Source: Eledone cirrhosa
Taxonomy: Eukaryota
NCBI GenBank assembly: GCA_964016885.1
Contig: OZ024745.1
Coordinates: 96,968,001 to 97,032,000, forward strand
Direction: 5' to 3'
DNA: 64,000 nt
The notes below the pieces were generated by a model. That model ran no database searches. It had not been told where the DNA came from and saw nothing but the letters and a program-made list of their open reading frames with translations. The position numbers and the translations under genes are program-made. Within the stretch, counting starts at the first letter, position 1. The number at the start of each line of letters is the position of its first letter. Shown one piece after another: positions 30,790 through 42,469 of the stretch.

Positions 30790-33680
30790 TACACAAAGTC
30801 ACAGATATGTATGTTTTGGCAACCATTCACGATGTGGCTGAATGATGAATTAATAAATTAAATAATCAGAACAATATACTATAAAGTATATCCATAGAAT
30901 CATTTGAGAATATATATACACCATTTCCTCTCCCAATTAGCATAATCAACCATACAAAAAAAACAATTAAACCAGGCTATACGATTAAAAGGTACCTATT
31001 AAGAAATAGTAGATAAATAAATGACAGCAATTTATTCGCGATCAACCGCTATAGAATATTTACCCAACATTTCAATAGCACGTGGAAATCGATTAAATAT
31101 ACCGCCAACCATACACAATTAGGTATAAAATGAAAGTTAGAAGAAAAATTGCATATACACAAACCAGGATTACGTTTCTACCCTTAGGCTTTCGTTCGCT
31201 TTCGGAAATATCCTATCAAGGATAAAATCTCGAGCTTCGAACGAACTTGCCAGGAAACAAACTCACTTGGACAAAGAATTTTCTTAAGTGATCCCCGCCA
31301 GTAACGAATTCTAAATGGCTAAGAACTGTGACGTGGCAGTGGTCAAGGCAGAAATAATATGATTGGTGGCTTACGGCGAGTGGGCTGGTTGCTAGAAAGC
31401 GTAGCCCAATATTGCCCAAATTGCATCTCAACTTTATGGGAGATTATCAAATATAAAGATTTACATATACACAAACTAGACAAAGTCACAGATATATATG
31501 TTTTGGCAACCATTCACGATGTGGCATTAATAAATTAAATAATCAGAGCAATATACTATAAAGTATGTCCATAGAATCGTTTGATAATATATATATACAC
31601 CATTTCCTCTCCCAAAAAAATAATTAAGTTAGAAGAAAAAAGTATATTGCTCTGATTATTTAATTTATTAATTCATCATTGAGCCACATCGTGACTGGTT
31701 GCCAAAACATATATATCTGTGACTTTGTCTAGTTTGTGTATATGTAAATCTTTATATTTGATAATCTCTCATAAGGTTGAGATGCAATTTGCGCAATATT
31801 GGGCTGCGCTTTCTAGCAACCAGCCCTCTCGCCGTAAGCCACCAATCACATTCTTTCTGACTTGACCACTGCCACGTCACAGTTTTTAGTCATTTTGAAT
31901 TAGTTTTTGGCGAGCATCACTTAAGAAAATTCTTTGTCCAAGTGAGTTTGTTTCCTGACACGATCGAAGCTCGAGAATTTATCCTTGATAGGATATTTCT
32001 GAAAGCGAACGAAAACCTAAGGGTAGAAACGTAATCCTGGTATGTGTATATGCATATTTCTTCTATCTTTCATTTAATACCTAATTTTGTATGATTGACG
32101 GTATATTTAATCGATTTCCACGTGCTATTGAAAAGTTGGGTAAATATTCTATAGCGGTTGATCGCGAATAAATTGCTGTCGTTTATTTATCTACTATTTC
32201 TTCATAGGTGCGTTTTAATCTCATAGACTGGTTTAATTGGTTTTGTGTGTGGTTGATTATGCTAATTGGGAGAGGAAATGGTGTATATATATTATCAAAT
32301 GATTCTATGGACATACTTTATAGTATATTGCTCTGATTATTTAATTTATTAATGCCACTTCGTGAATGGTTACCAAAACATATATATCTGTGACTTTGTC
32401 TAGTTTGTGTATATGTAAATATTTATATTTGATAATCTCCCATAAGGTTGAGATGCAATTTGGGCAATATTGGGCTGCGCTTTCTAGCAACCAACCCACT
32501 CGCCGTAATCCACCAATCACATTCTTTCTAACTTGACCACTGCCACGTTACAGTTCTTAGACATTTTGAATTCGTTTCTTGCGGGGATCACCTGAGAAAA
32601 TTCTCTGTCCAAGTGAGTTTGTTTCCTGACGAGTTCGAAGCTCGAGAATTTATTCTTGATAGGATATTTCCGAAAGCAAACGAAACCCCAAGGGTAGAAA
32701 CGTAATCCTGGTATGTGTATATGCATTTTTTCTTTTAACTTTCATTTTATACCTAATTGTGTATGGTTGACGGTATAATTTAATCGATTTCCAAGTGCTA
32801 TTGAAATGTTGGGTAAATATTCTATAGCGGTTGATCGCGAACAAATTGCTGTCGGTTATTTATCTACTATTTCTTCATAGGTGCCTTTTAATCTTATAGC
32901 CTGGTTTAATTGTTTTTTTGTGTGGTTGATTATGCTAATTGGGAGAGGAAATGGTGTATATATATTATCAAATGATTCTATGGACATACTTTATAGTATA
33001 TTGCTCTGATTATTTAATTTATTAATTCATCATTGAGCCACATCATGAATGGTTGCCAAAACATATATATCTGTGACTTTGTCTAGTTTGTGTATATGTA
33101 AATCTTTATATTTGATAATCTCCCATAAGGTTGAGATGCAATTTGGGCAATATTGGGCTGCGCTTTCTAGCAACCAACCCACTTTCCGTAAGCCACGAAT
33201 CACATTCTTTTTGACTTGACCACTGCCACGTCACAGTTCTTAGCCATTTTGAATTCGTTTCTGGCGGGGATCACTAAAGAAAATTCTTTGTCCAAGTGAG
33301 TTTGTTTCCCGACAAGTTCGAAGCTCGAGAATTTATCCTTGACAGGATATTTCCGAAAGCGAACGAAACCCTAAGGGTAGAAACGTAATCCTGGTTTGTG
33401 TATATGCATTTTTTCTTCTAACTTTCATTTTATACCTAATTGTATATGGTTGACGGTATATTTAATCGATTTCCACGTGGTATTGAAATGTTGGGTAAAT
33501 ATTCTATTGCGGTTGATTGCGAATAAATTGCTGTCGTTTATTTATCTACTATTTCTTCATAGGTGCCTTTTAATCTTATAGCCTGGTTTAATTGTTGTTT
33601 TTTTGTGTGGTTGATTATGCTAATTGGGAGAGGAAATGGCGTATATATATTATCAAATGATTCTATGGACATACTTTATA

Positions 33681-33683
<3 letters not shown>
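30790..33683. mobile_element. Family G: inverted copy (30790-31615) plus three tandem units of about 670-680 bp (starts 31642, 32324, 32996)
   Basis: gtatattgctctgattatttaatttattaa recurs; one HHR per unit. Confidence 0.85.
32621..32701 (+). ncRNA. Type I hammerhead ribozyme (family G; the other copies have core mutations)
   Basis: gtttc CTGACGA gttcg...c(a/g)aac GAAA ccc-caa-ggg TA gaaac. Confidence 0.8.
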
Positions 33684-33762
<79 letters not shown>

Positions 33763-33804
33763 CATCTGCTTCGAAACGTTCAGTTTCTTTACCGAAGTAT
33801 ATAT

Positions 33805-34038
33805 ATATTTATTAAAATAACAGATTAAAGTTTAAGCAAAGAATCGCTGCTTTCACCCTTAACGGGATCTTCTGAAACTGAGTTTCAGAAGATCCCGTTA
33901 AGGGTGAAAGCAGCGATTCTTTGCTTAAACTTTAATCTGTTATTTTAATAAATATTTGGTCTACGGTTCTTATATAACTGATATATATTTATCCTTATCG
34001 AGCCCCCTTTGGATTTTAGTCTTCAAATTTATTATTAT

Positions 34039-34043
<5 letters not shown>
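33805..34043. mobile_element. Family B hairpin copy centred at 33880
   Basis: gggatcttctgaaact g agtttcagaagatccc palindrome. Confidence 0.8.
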
Positions 34044-34076
<33 letters not shown>

Positions 34077-34384
34077 TTTGTGGTTTACCAATGGATAGAA
34101 CAGGTTATTCCATTAAGTTAATCATGATGTAATAGTAGGAAAAGCACTTTATATTATTCAACTCATCTATCGTCGATGTTAAATCCCGTAGCTGCTGCAG
34201 GAACTGAGTTAAATATTAATTTAATTAAGACAACAGGAGTCCGGTCTGGGGATATATTTTTAAAGTTTTATTGTTGCAAAAAACGAAACAAAACACCATA
34301 TATATATTTCAATGACATGGTTTCGTAAAACCCTGGCGACATCATCAGGTTCCAATTGCATAATTAGTTAACCAATAAAAGGAA

Positions 34385-34537
34385 TTACGGCAAACGCATA
34401 GAGTTACGACTCTCGCCATTCTGAGTTCAAATTCCGCCGAGGTTAACTTTGCCTTACATCCTTACGGGGTCGATAAAATAAAGTACCAGTAATGTACTGG
34501 GTAATTCCTGGCCTTGTGCCAAAAGTAGAAACAGTTA
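34385..34537 (+). mobile_element. tRNA-derived SINE, same family, 5' degenerate
   Basis: gagttcaaattccgccgaggttaactttgcc...ggccttgtgccaaaagtagaaac. Confidence 0.8.
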
Positions 34538-34939
34538 TCTCTGTATACATATGTATGTGGTTATGTATGTACGAGTTTCTCTCAGTCCATCCATGCCCCA
34601 TTTTGCACCAATGATTATAGGTATAAAAGTAAATTTGAAACTTCGGTAAAGAAACTGAACGCTTCGAAGCAGATATTTATAGTAAAATTCAGCACCACCT
34701 CTTTTTCATTCCGTGTTGGATTAATAAAACGCATATAAGTAATTTAAAAGGATTTGATACGCAAATACGTGGCAGAAATCGTTCCAGATCACGCTCTTGG
34801 TCCGTCAATGATGCCTTCTCTCCTCCTTTCTCTGCGTTTCCACTGAGAGACAATATGATAGTGCACATACTTAAATATGGAATGTTACGCGATGCTGCCC
34901 CCCCCCCCCCCACACACACACACACGCACACAGCCCCGG

Positions 34940-35075
34940 CGGACAGGATGGAGACGCGCTGGAAAAGCCACTCCAACTCGCGGGGTTCACACCTGTGGTT
35001 GGCCAGCTCAGCGCCTATGGTGGTGAGTAGGGAGGTAGCCCTAGGACTGAGGACACCAGAAGTCTCCACTGCCAG
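34940..35075 (-). pseudogene. Fragment of the restriction-like endonuclease C-terminus of a CRE-like non-LTR element
   Basis: LAVETSGVLSPRATSLLTTIG...EPRELEWLFQRVS; abuts (CA)n. Confidence 0.65.
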
Positions 35076-35564
35076 TAATTTTGAAAGACATAGTTGTACA
35101 AACTTGACAGCTATAATAGTATATCAGTTTCCATTTTTATTCCGAACAGCTATATCACGTCTGTTGATGGGAATATTCTATCAATATCTCGTTTGTATTC
35201 AACATCAAAAATATTTTTTTACGTTTGCCCAAGGGCGGTTTTTTAAGGGTGGCGTTGTAAACAGTTTTATTAACATCATGTTGCATCGAAAGGTGATACT
35301 CTAGTGACATTTTCAAACAACTGTTAAACAATATATCTGATATTTTCCACAGATATGTAATATAATCGATATTTTCGGTTGCATCATGGTCATTTAATTG
35401 CTTCACGGTCGTTTTTGTTGAACAAGTATATTGTACCTATATTCCGTTCTTCGATTACATAAATGTTACCCTTCAAAATGTAACAAAGTGATGTGACGGC
35501 CTCGCATCCAAAAAAGCTACACTTCTCAACTTCTCATCAATATTAGTACTATCCAGGGAGCTGG

Positions 35565-35786
35565 ACTGGCAGAATCAGTAGAGTGCCAGTTAAAATACTT
35601 CGCGACATTTAGTTCTGATGATTCATTACGTTCTGAATTCAAATCTCGGCGAAGTAAATTTTGCCTTGAACTCTTCTTTCGGCGCCGGTAAAACAAAGTA
35701 CCACTAAAGTACTAGGGGTCGATGTAATCAATTTTTCTCCCCACCCCACCTTCGAATTATGGCTGTGACCTGAATTAGAAACCAAT
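35565..35786 (+). mobile_element. Diverged tRNA-derived SINE (related subfamily)
   Basis: ctggcagaatcagtaga...tgaattcaaatct...aaagtacca...ggggtcgatgtaatc. Confidence 0.65.
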
Positions 35787-36071
35787 ATATTAGAAACCAA
35801 TAATGCTTATATATATATACAAGCATTATCCTCAATTTTACAGAAAATATTTCCCCAGATTACCCTTTCTTCGTATTCAAAGTGTTTCTCTACCAAATGT
35901 TTAAGGTTTGCTAGTCCAGCAGCTTTGTGCGAGATCTGAGTAAATCTAGAATATTTCACTCCCAATCTCTAAAATGTTTTACACTTCGATCTTAAGAATG
36001 TGGTTTGGCTGATGCATGCGACACTCAGAAACTGCCTCCAATTAAACTTCTTCATCCAAGTTTTTTGTTTT

Positions 36072-36290
36072 TATTTTTACAGGACTAAAGCATGTTAACA
36101 TCAGTACCCCTGTAGAAGTCTTGTTTGAATATTATGGTATTTGATACGTCTTGGTTTTACATGACTAAGCATGTTAACATCAGTATCTCTGTAGAAGTCT
36201 TGTTAGGATTTTATGGATTTTAATATGTCTTGTTTTTACAGGGCTAAAGCATGTCAAGATCATTACTACTGTAGAAGTCTTGTTTGGTTC
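36072..36290 (+). repeat. Degenerate tandem repeat of about 79 bp, 3 copies
   Basis: ttttaca..actaa(a)gcatgttaacatca...ctgtagaagtcttgtt at about 36075, 36155 and 36234. Confidence 0.8.
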
Positions 36291-36446
36291 TTATGGGTAT
36301 ATAACTTGAGTGATTCTCGTCGATAGACCAATCGTGCATCACAAATATCAGTAACTGTTGATAACAGACACAACTAGTTTATAGAAGTAAAGCAATTTTT
36401 TAAACAATAAACTATAACAAACCATTATTATTTGCATTGCTTTCTT

Positions 36447-36570
36447 TACGATCTGAGTTCAAATCCCGCCGAGGTTGACTTTGCCTTTCATCCTTACGGG
36501 GTAGATAAAATAAAGTACCAGTAATGCACTGGGTAATTGCTGGCCTTGTGCCTAAAGTAGAAACAATTAT
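36447..36570 (+). mobile_element. 5'-truncated SINE with a 20-bp TSD
   Basis: attatttgcattgctttctt at 36427-36446 and 36566-36585. Confidence 0.9.
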
Positions 36571-37449
36571 TTGCATTGCTTTCTTCCTGAGGATTAGATC
36601 TTCAGATTCTGTTAAGTTGTATTCCTGGTAATAATTAATATGAAGTAATTCCTCTAGAGATCGTCTTTTAACTGTAGATAATTCAGGTAAGGCAATAGCG
36701 TAGTATTGATGTTCGGAAGGCTAAAAGCAGTTTCATTTTCATGTTACGACGAAGGAAACCGAAATAATTTTCAGATATACATACACATATATTAGTGTTT
36801 ATGCTAGTGTTGGTTGTATGTATGGTTTTATGTAATTCATTGAATAAACTATTTAATATATTTTTATTGCTGCAGCAAGAATCTTTTTAAATAGCTTTAA
36901 AAAGTTCAGATGGTTGAAAAATAGACAATTAATCTGCTATCATCTGTCTGAAATGGTAATAAACAGTACATTTCAGCTTTACAGCCACCTAGAATCTCTT
37001 TAGCCCTAGAATGCAGGGATGGTGGAACTGGGGGGGGGGGGGTAATCCATACCTGCCACCCAATAAATATATTTTTCTCCCCAAAGTACCAAAACACATT
37101 TATTTGTATATACGTTATAATTTATGTACATGTTATGTAGAGACAGATGGGAGCGATACATGTAGATATAAATAGGGGGAGAGATTGATGTTTATTGAAA
37201 TAGAGAGAAGAATTTGAATTCCTAATTCAGAAATACTTCCACTGCCCCTGAATGCGTCTCTAGGAAACAACGAGGAATTAATTTTATTCCTTGTCACCAT
37301 GTTTAAAACGTTGTGAACAATATTTGTTTTGTGTCTCAAAAAAACCCATCTTGAAACAACAACAAATTAAAAGAAGCTGGGCAAATAGAACACAGAGTGC
37401 TTTTATATTAGACCAAGTGTCAAGAAACTTAACTGTCGCGTGTCGATAG

Positions 37450-40400
37450 TCATAATTACCGAGTGACAAGTGTCATAGCCTCTCAGTAACAAGTGTCACA
37501 ACCACAGTGTCAATTGTTTTAACTACCGAGTGTCAAGTATCATAGCCTCTCAGTATCAAGTGTCACAACCACAGTGTCAATTGTTTTAACTACCGAGTGT
37601 CAAGTGTCATAGCCTCTCAGTATCAAGTGTCACAACCACTGTGTCAATTGTTTTAACTACTGAGTGTCAAGTATCATAGCCTCTCAGTATCAAGTGTCAC
37701 AACCACAGTGTCAATTGTTTTAACTACCGAGTGTCAAGTGTCATAGCCTCTCAGTATCAAGTGTCACAACCACTGTGTCAATTGTTTTAATTACCGAGTG
37801 TCAAGTATCATAGCCTCTCAGTATCAAGTGTCACAACCACAGTGTCAATTGTTTTAACTACCGAGTGTCAAGTGTCATAGCCTCTCAGTATCAAGTGTCA
37901 CAACCACTGTGTCAATTGTTTTAACTACCGAGTGTCAAGTATCATAGCCTCTCAGTATCAAGTGTCACAACCACTGTGTCAATTGTTTTAACTACTGAGT
38001 GTCAAGTGTCATAGCCTCTCAGTATCAAGTGTCACAACCACAGTGTCAATTGTTTTAACTACCGAGTGTCAAGTATCATAGCCTCTCAGTATCAAGTGTC
38101 ACAACCACAGTGTCAATTGTTTTAACTACCGAGTGTCAAGTATCATAGCCTCTCAGTATCAAGTGTCACAACCACTGTGTCAATTGTTTTAACTACTGAG
38201 TGTCAAGTGTCATAGCCTCTCAGTATCAAGTGTCACAACCACAGTGTCAATTATTTTAACTACCGAGTGTCAAGTATCATAGCCTCTCAGTATCAAGTGT
38301 CACAACCACAGTGTCAATTGTTTTAACTACCGAGTGTCAAGTATCATAGCCTCTCAGTATCAAGTGTCACAACCACAGTGTCAATTGTTTTAACTACCGA
38401 GTGTCAAGTATCATAGCCTCTCAGTATCAAGTGTCACAACCACTGTGTCAATTGTTTTAACTACCGAGTGTCAAGTATCATAGCCTCTCAGTATCAAGTG
38501 TCACAACCACTGTGTCAATTGTTTTAACTACCGAGTGTCAAGTGTCATAGCCTCTCAGTATCAAGTGTCACAACCACAGTGTCAATTGTTTTAATTACCG
38601 AGTGTCAAGTATCATAGCCTCTCAGTATCAAGTGTCACAACCACAGTGTCAATTGTTTTAATTACCGAGTGTCAAGTATCATAGCCTCTCAGTATCAAGT
38701 GTCACAACCACAGTGTCAATTGTTTTAATTACCGAGTGTCAAGTGTCATAGCCTCTCAGTATCAAGTGTCACAACCACAGTGTCAATTGTTTTAACTACC
38801 GAGTGTCAAGTATCATAGCCTCTCAGTATCAAGTGTCACAACCACAGTGTCAATTGTTTTAATTACCGAGTGTCAAGTATCATAGCCTCTCAGTATCAAG
38901 TGTCACAACCACTGTGTCAATTGTTTTAACTACCGAGTGTCAAGTGTCATAGCCTCTCAGTATCAAGTGTCACAACCACTGTGTCAATTGTTTTAACTAC
39001 CGAGTGTCAAGTATCATAGCCTGTCAGTATCAAGTGTCACAACCACTGTGTCAATTGTTTTAACTACCGAGTGTCAAGTGTCATAGCCTCTCAGTATCAA
39101 GTGTCACAACCAGTGTGTCAATTGTTTTAACTACCGAGTGTCAAGTGTCATAGCCTCTCAGTATCAAGTGTCACAACCACTGTGTCAATTGTTTTAACTA
39201 CTGAGTGTCAAGTATCATAGCCTCTCAGTATCAAGTGTCACAACCACAGTGTCAATTGTTTTAACTACCGAGTGTCAAGTGTCATAGCCTCTCAGTATCA
39301 AGTGTCACAACCACTGTGTCAATTGTTTTAACTACTGAGTGTCAAGTATCATAGCCTCTCAGTATCAAGTGTCACAACCACAGTGTCAATTGTTTTAACT
39401 ACCGAGTGTCAAGTGTCATAGCCTCTCAGTATCAAGTGTCACAACCACAGTGTCAATTGTTTTAACTACCGAGTGTCAAGTGTCATAGCCTCTCAGTAAC
39501 AAGTGTCACAACCACTGTGTCAATTGTTTTAACTACCGAGTGTCAAGTATCATAGCCTCTCAGTATCAAGTGTCACAACCACAGTGTCAATTGTTTTAAT
39601 TACCGAGTGTCAAGTATCATAGCCTCTCAGTATCAAGTGTCACAACCACAGTGTCAATTGTTTTAACTACCGAGTGTCAAGTATCATAGCCTCTCAGTAT
39701 CAAGTGTCACAACCACAGTGTCAATTGTTTTAACTACCGAGTGTCAAGTATCATAGCCTCTCAGTATCAAGTGTCACAACCACAGTGTCAATTGTTTTAA
39801 CTACCGAGTGTCAAGTATCATAGCCTCTCAGTATCAAGTGTCACAACCACAGTGTCAATTGTTTTAATTACCGAGTGTCAAGTATCATAGCCTCTCAGTA
39901 TCAAGTGTCACAACCACAGTGTCAATTGTTTTAACTACCGAGTGTCAAGTATCATAGCCTCTCAGTATCAAGTGTCACAACCACTGTGTCAATTGTTTTA
40001 ACTACTGAGTGTCAAGTATCATAGCCTCTCAGTATCAAGTGTCACAACCACTGTGTCAATTGTTTTAATTACCGAGTGTCAAGTATCATAGCCTCTCAGT
40101 ATCAAGTGTCACAACCAGTGTGTCAATTGTTTTAACTACTGAGTGTCAAGTGTCATAGCCTCTCAGTATCAAGTGTCACAACCACTGTGTCAATTGTTTT
40201 AACTACCGAGTGTCAAGTGTCATAGCCTCTCAGTATCAAGTGTCACAACCACTGTGTCAATTGTTTTAACTACCGAGTGTCAAGTATCATAGCCGCTCAG
40301 TATCAAGTGTCACAACCACAGTGTCAATTGTTTTAACTACCGAGTGTCAAGTATCATAGCCTCTCAGTATCAAGTGTCACAACCACTGTGTCAATTGTTT

Positions 40401-40875
40401 TAACTACCGAGTGTCAAGTGTCATAGCCTCTCAGTATCAAGTGTCACAACCACTGTGTCAATTGTTTTAACTACTGAGTGTCAAGTGTCATAGCCTCTCA
40501 GTATCAAGTGTCACAACCACAGTGTCAATTGTTTTAACTACCGAGTGTCAAGTATCATAGCCTCTCAGTATCAAGTGTCACAACCAGTGTGTCAATTGTT
40601 TTAACTACCGAGTGTCAAGTATCATAGCCTCTCAGTATCAAGTGTCACAACCAGTGTGTCAATTGTTTTAACTACCGAGTGTCAAGTATCATAGCCTCTC
40701 AGTATCAAGTGTCACAACCAGTGTGTCAATTGTTTTAACTACTGAGTGTCAAGTGTCATAGCCTCTCAGTATCAAGTGTCACAACCACTGTGTCAATTGT
40801 TTTAACTACCGAGTGTCAAGTGTCATAGCCTCTCAGTATCAAGTGTCACAACCACACAGTATCAAGTGCCACAAC
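37450..40875 (+). repeat. 67-bp satellite, about 51 homogeneous copies (23+21+23 subunits)
   Basis: Unit agtgtcaagtgtcatagcctctc agtatcaagtgtcacaaccac agtgtcaattgttttaactaccg; agcc at 37477 and 37544. Confidence 0.97.
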
Positions 40876-41205
40876 CACAGAGTGTTCATTGTCATAACTA
40901 CCGATTGTCAAGTGCCTTAATCATTGAGTATCAAGCGATTTAACTGCTGAGTATCAAGCGATTTAACTGCTGAGTATCAAGTGATTTAACTGCTGAGTGT
41001 CAAGTGACTTAACCGTCGAGTCTCAAGTGACTTAACTGCCGAGGGTCAAGTGACTTAACTGCCGAGGGTCAATTGTCTTAATCACCAAGTTTCAAATGTT
41101 GTAACAGCTAAGTATTCAGTACGTTAATCATAGAGCGTAAAATGTCTCAACCTCCGAGTGTAAAATATCTTAACGACGACTGTCAAGTGTTTCATCCACC
41201 GAACG
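40876..41205 (+). repeat. Degenerate 23-bp minisatellite related to the 67-bp subunits
   Basis: gagtatcaagcgatttaactgct-type units decaying to the right. Confidence 0.85.
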
Positions 41206-42469
41206 TCAGTTTTTTTTTACCTGTTCATTTTGAAGTTTTGTAACCGTTGTGTGTTCAGTGTTTTATCTACAGATATTTCGCTCTACCAATGACAAAATAT
41301 GATAAGTTTTCTTAATCCAGGTGCAAATTGACTCAGTACTCTGTGACACGCATTGTATTCCTATCACATCTTATCATAATTACTACCAATACGAAATGTA
41401 TTATAAATTCAGGCTAACGATTTCTACTTACCTTCTCTGTGTGATATGAATAGTAACCATTAACTTTTCTGATTAATGGCAAAAATACAAAATATATCAA
41501 TTATATTATTTTCTTGTATAATGTTGATAACTTACAACAAAATATTTTATTAATGTTTTTAGAGTAATTAGTTGCAGCCTTTTGCACTGAAGTTGTGTCA
41601 TATATTCACTATTTCACCCCGAGGGATGAAATAGATGAGAAATTAAGTTTTTGTGTTGTAATTTGTTGAAATGAAATATAGAAAATTAAGATATGGGAAA
41701 TTACTCTCCTTTGTGTGAAGCTACGCAATATTGTTTAATAGATCTATCGAGTATATAAAGTTCATTAAAATCTCTGCAGACATTTCATATCTCTACGTAT
41801 ATATTGATGAATGTATGTGCAGTGACTTTCTGTCTTTCTAATTACACCTGTTAACCCGGTCATCAAGTAAAGTAATGTTATATAGAATTAAACTCAATAA
41901 CGGAAATATTCATTGTTTTTTTTTTGTTTGTTTTTTTGTTTTTGTATAATTGCAGTTTATTAGCAGTGATGCCTACTAATAATATATAATTGTTGTAGTA
42001 TGCACTTGTTAATAAAAATTAAAAAAATTGGACTCCAGCAAACCGTTTTGTTTCCAATTTCACATTGGACTCACACAACAAAATTTCTCTAAAGCTCTCT
42101 TTCTCCACTTCGCCGTTCTCACAGATGCTTTCACACGGTCACTAAGTACAAATATTTCTTCAATGACTCAATCTCAACAAAGCTATCCATCGACAAACTG
42201 CTCCTTCCATTAACCTTAAATAGTGAAATCCAGTGCTGGCTTTTGTCTTTAACAAACCCTTCAAGCCCTCTTACATTCTCCACAGGAATTTATTTCAATA
42301 AATTAATACATGTTTCAGTGTATCGTTCCCGAGAATGGCAACATCTCCGACACCGAAGCTACTCTCTATAAACTTCACATCAAGAACCTCAATTAATATG
42401 GAAATATTCAGAGATACTACATTTTTATATCAAATATATTACATTTACGACTACTTTATGTAATGTGCC

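Noticed and set aside
37450-40875. CRISPR-like regular array
   Set aside because: No unique spacers and no cas genes; a eukaryotic satellite
41260-41330. Possible host exon (ttttatctacag ... cag/gt)
   Set aside because: Stops in all three frames and a weak donor; no partner exons seen
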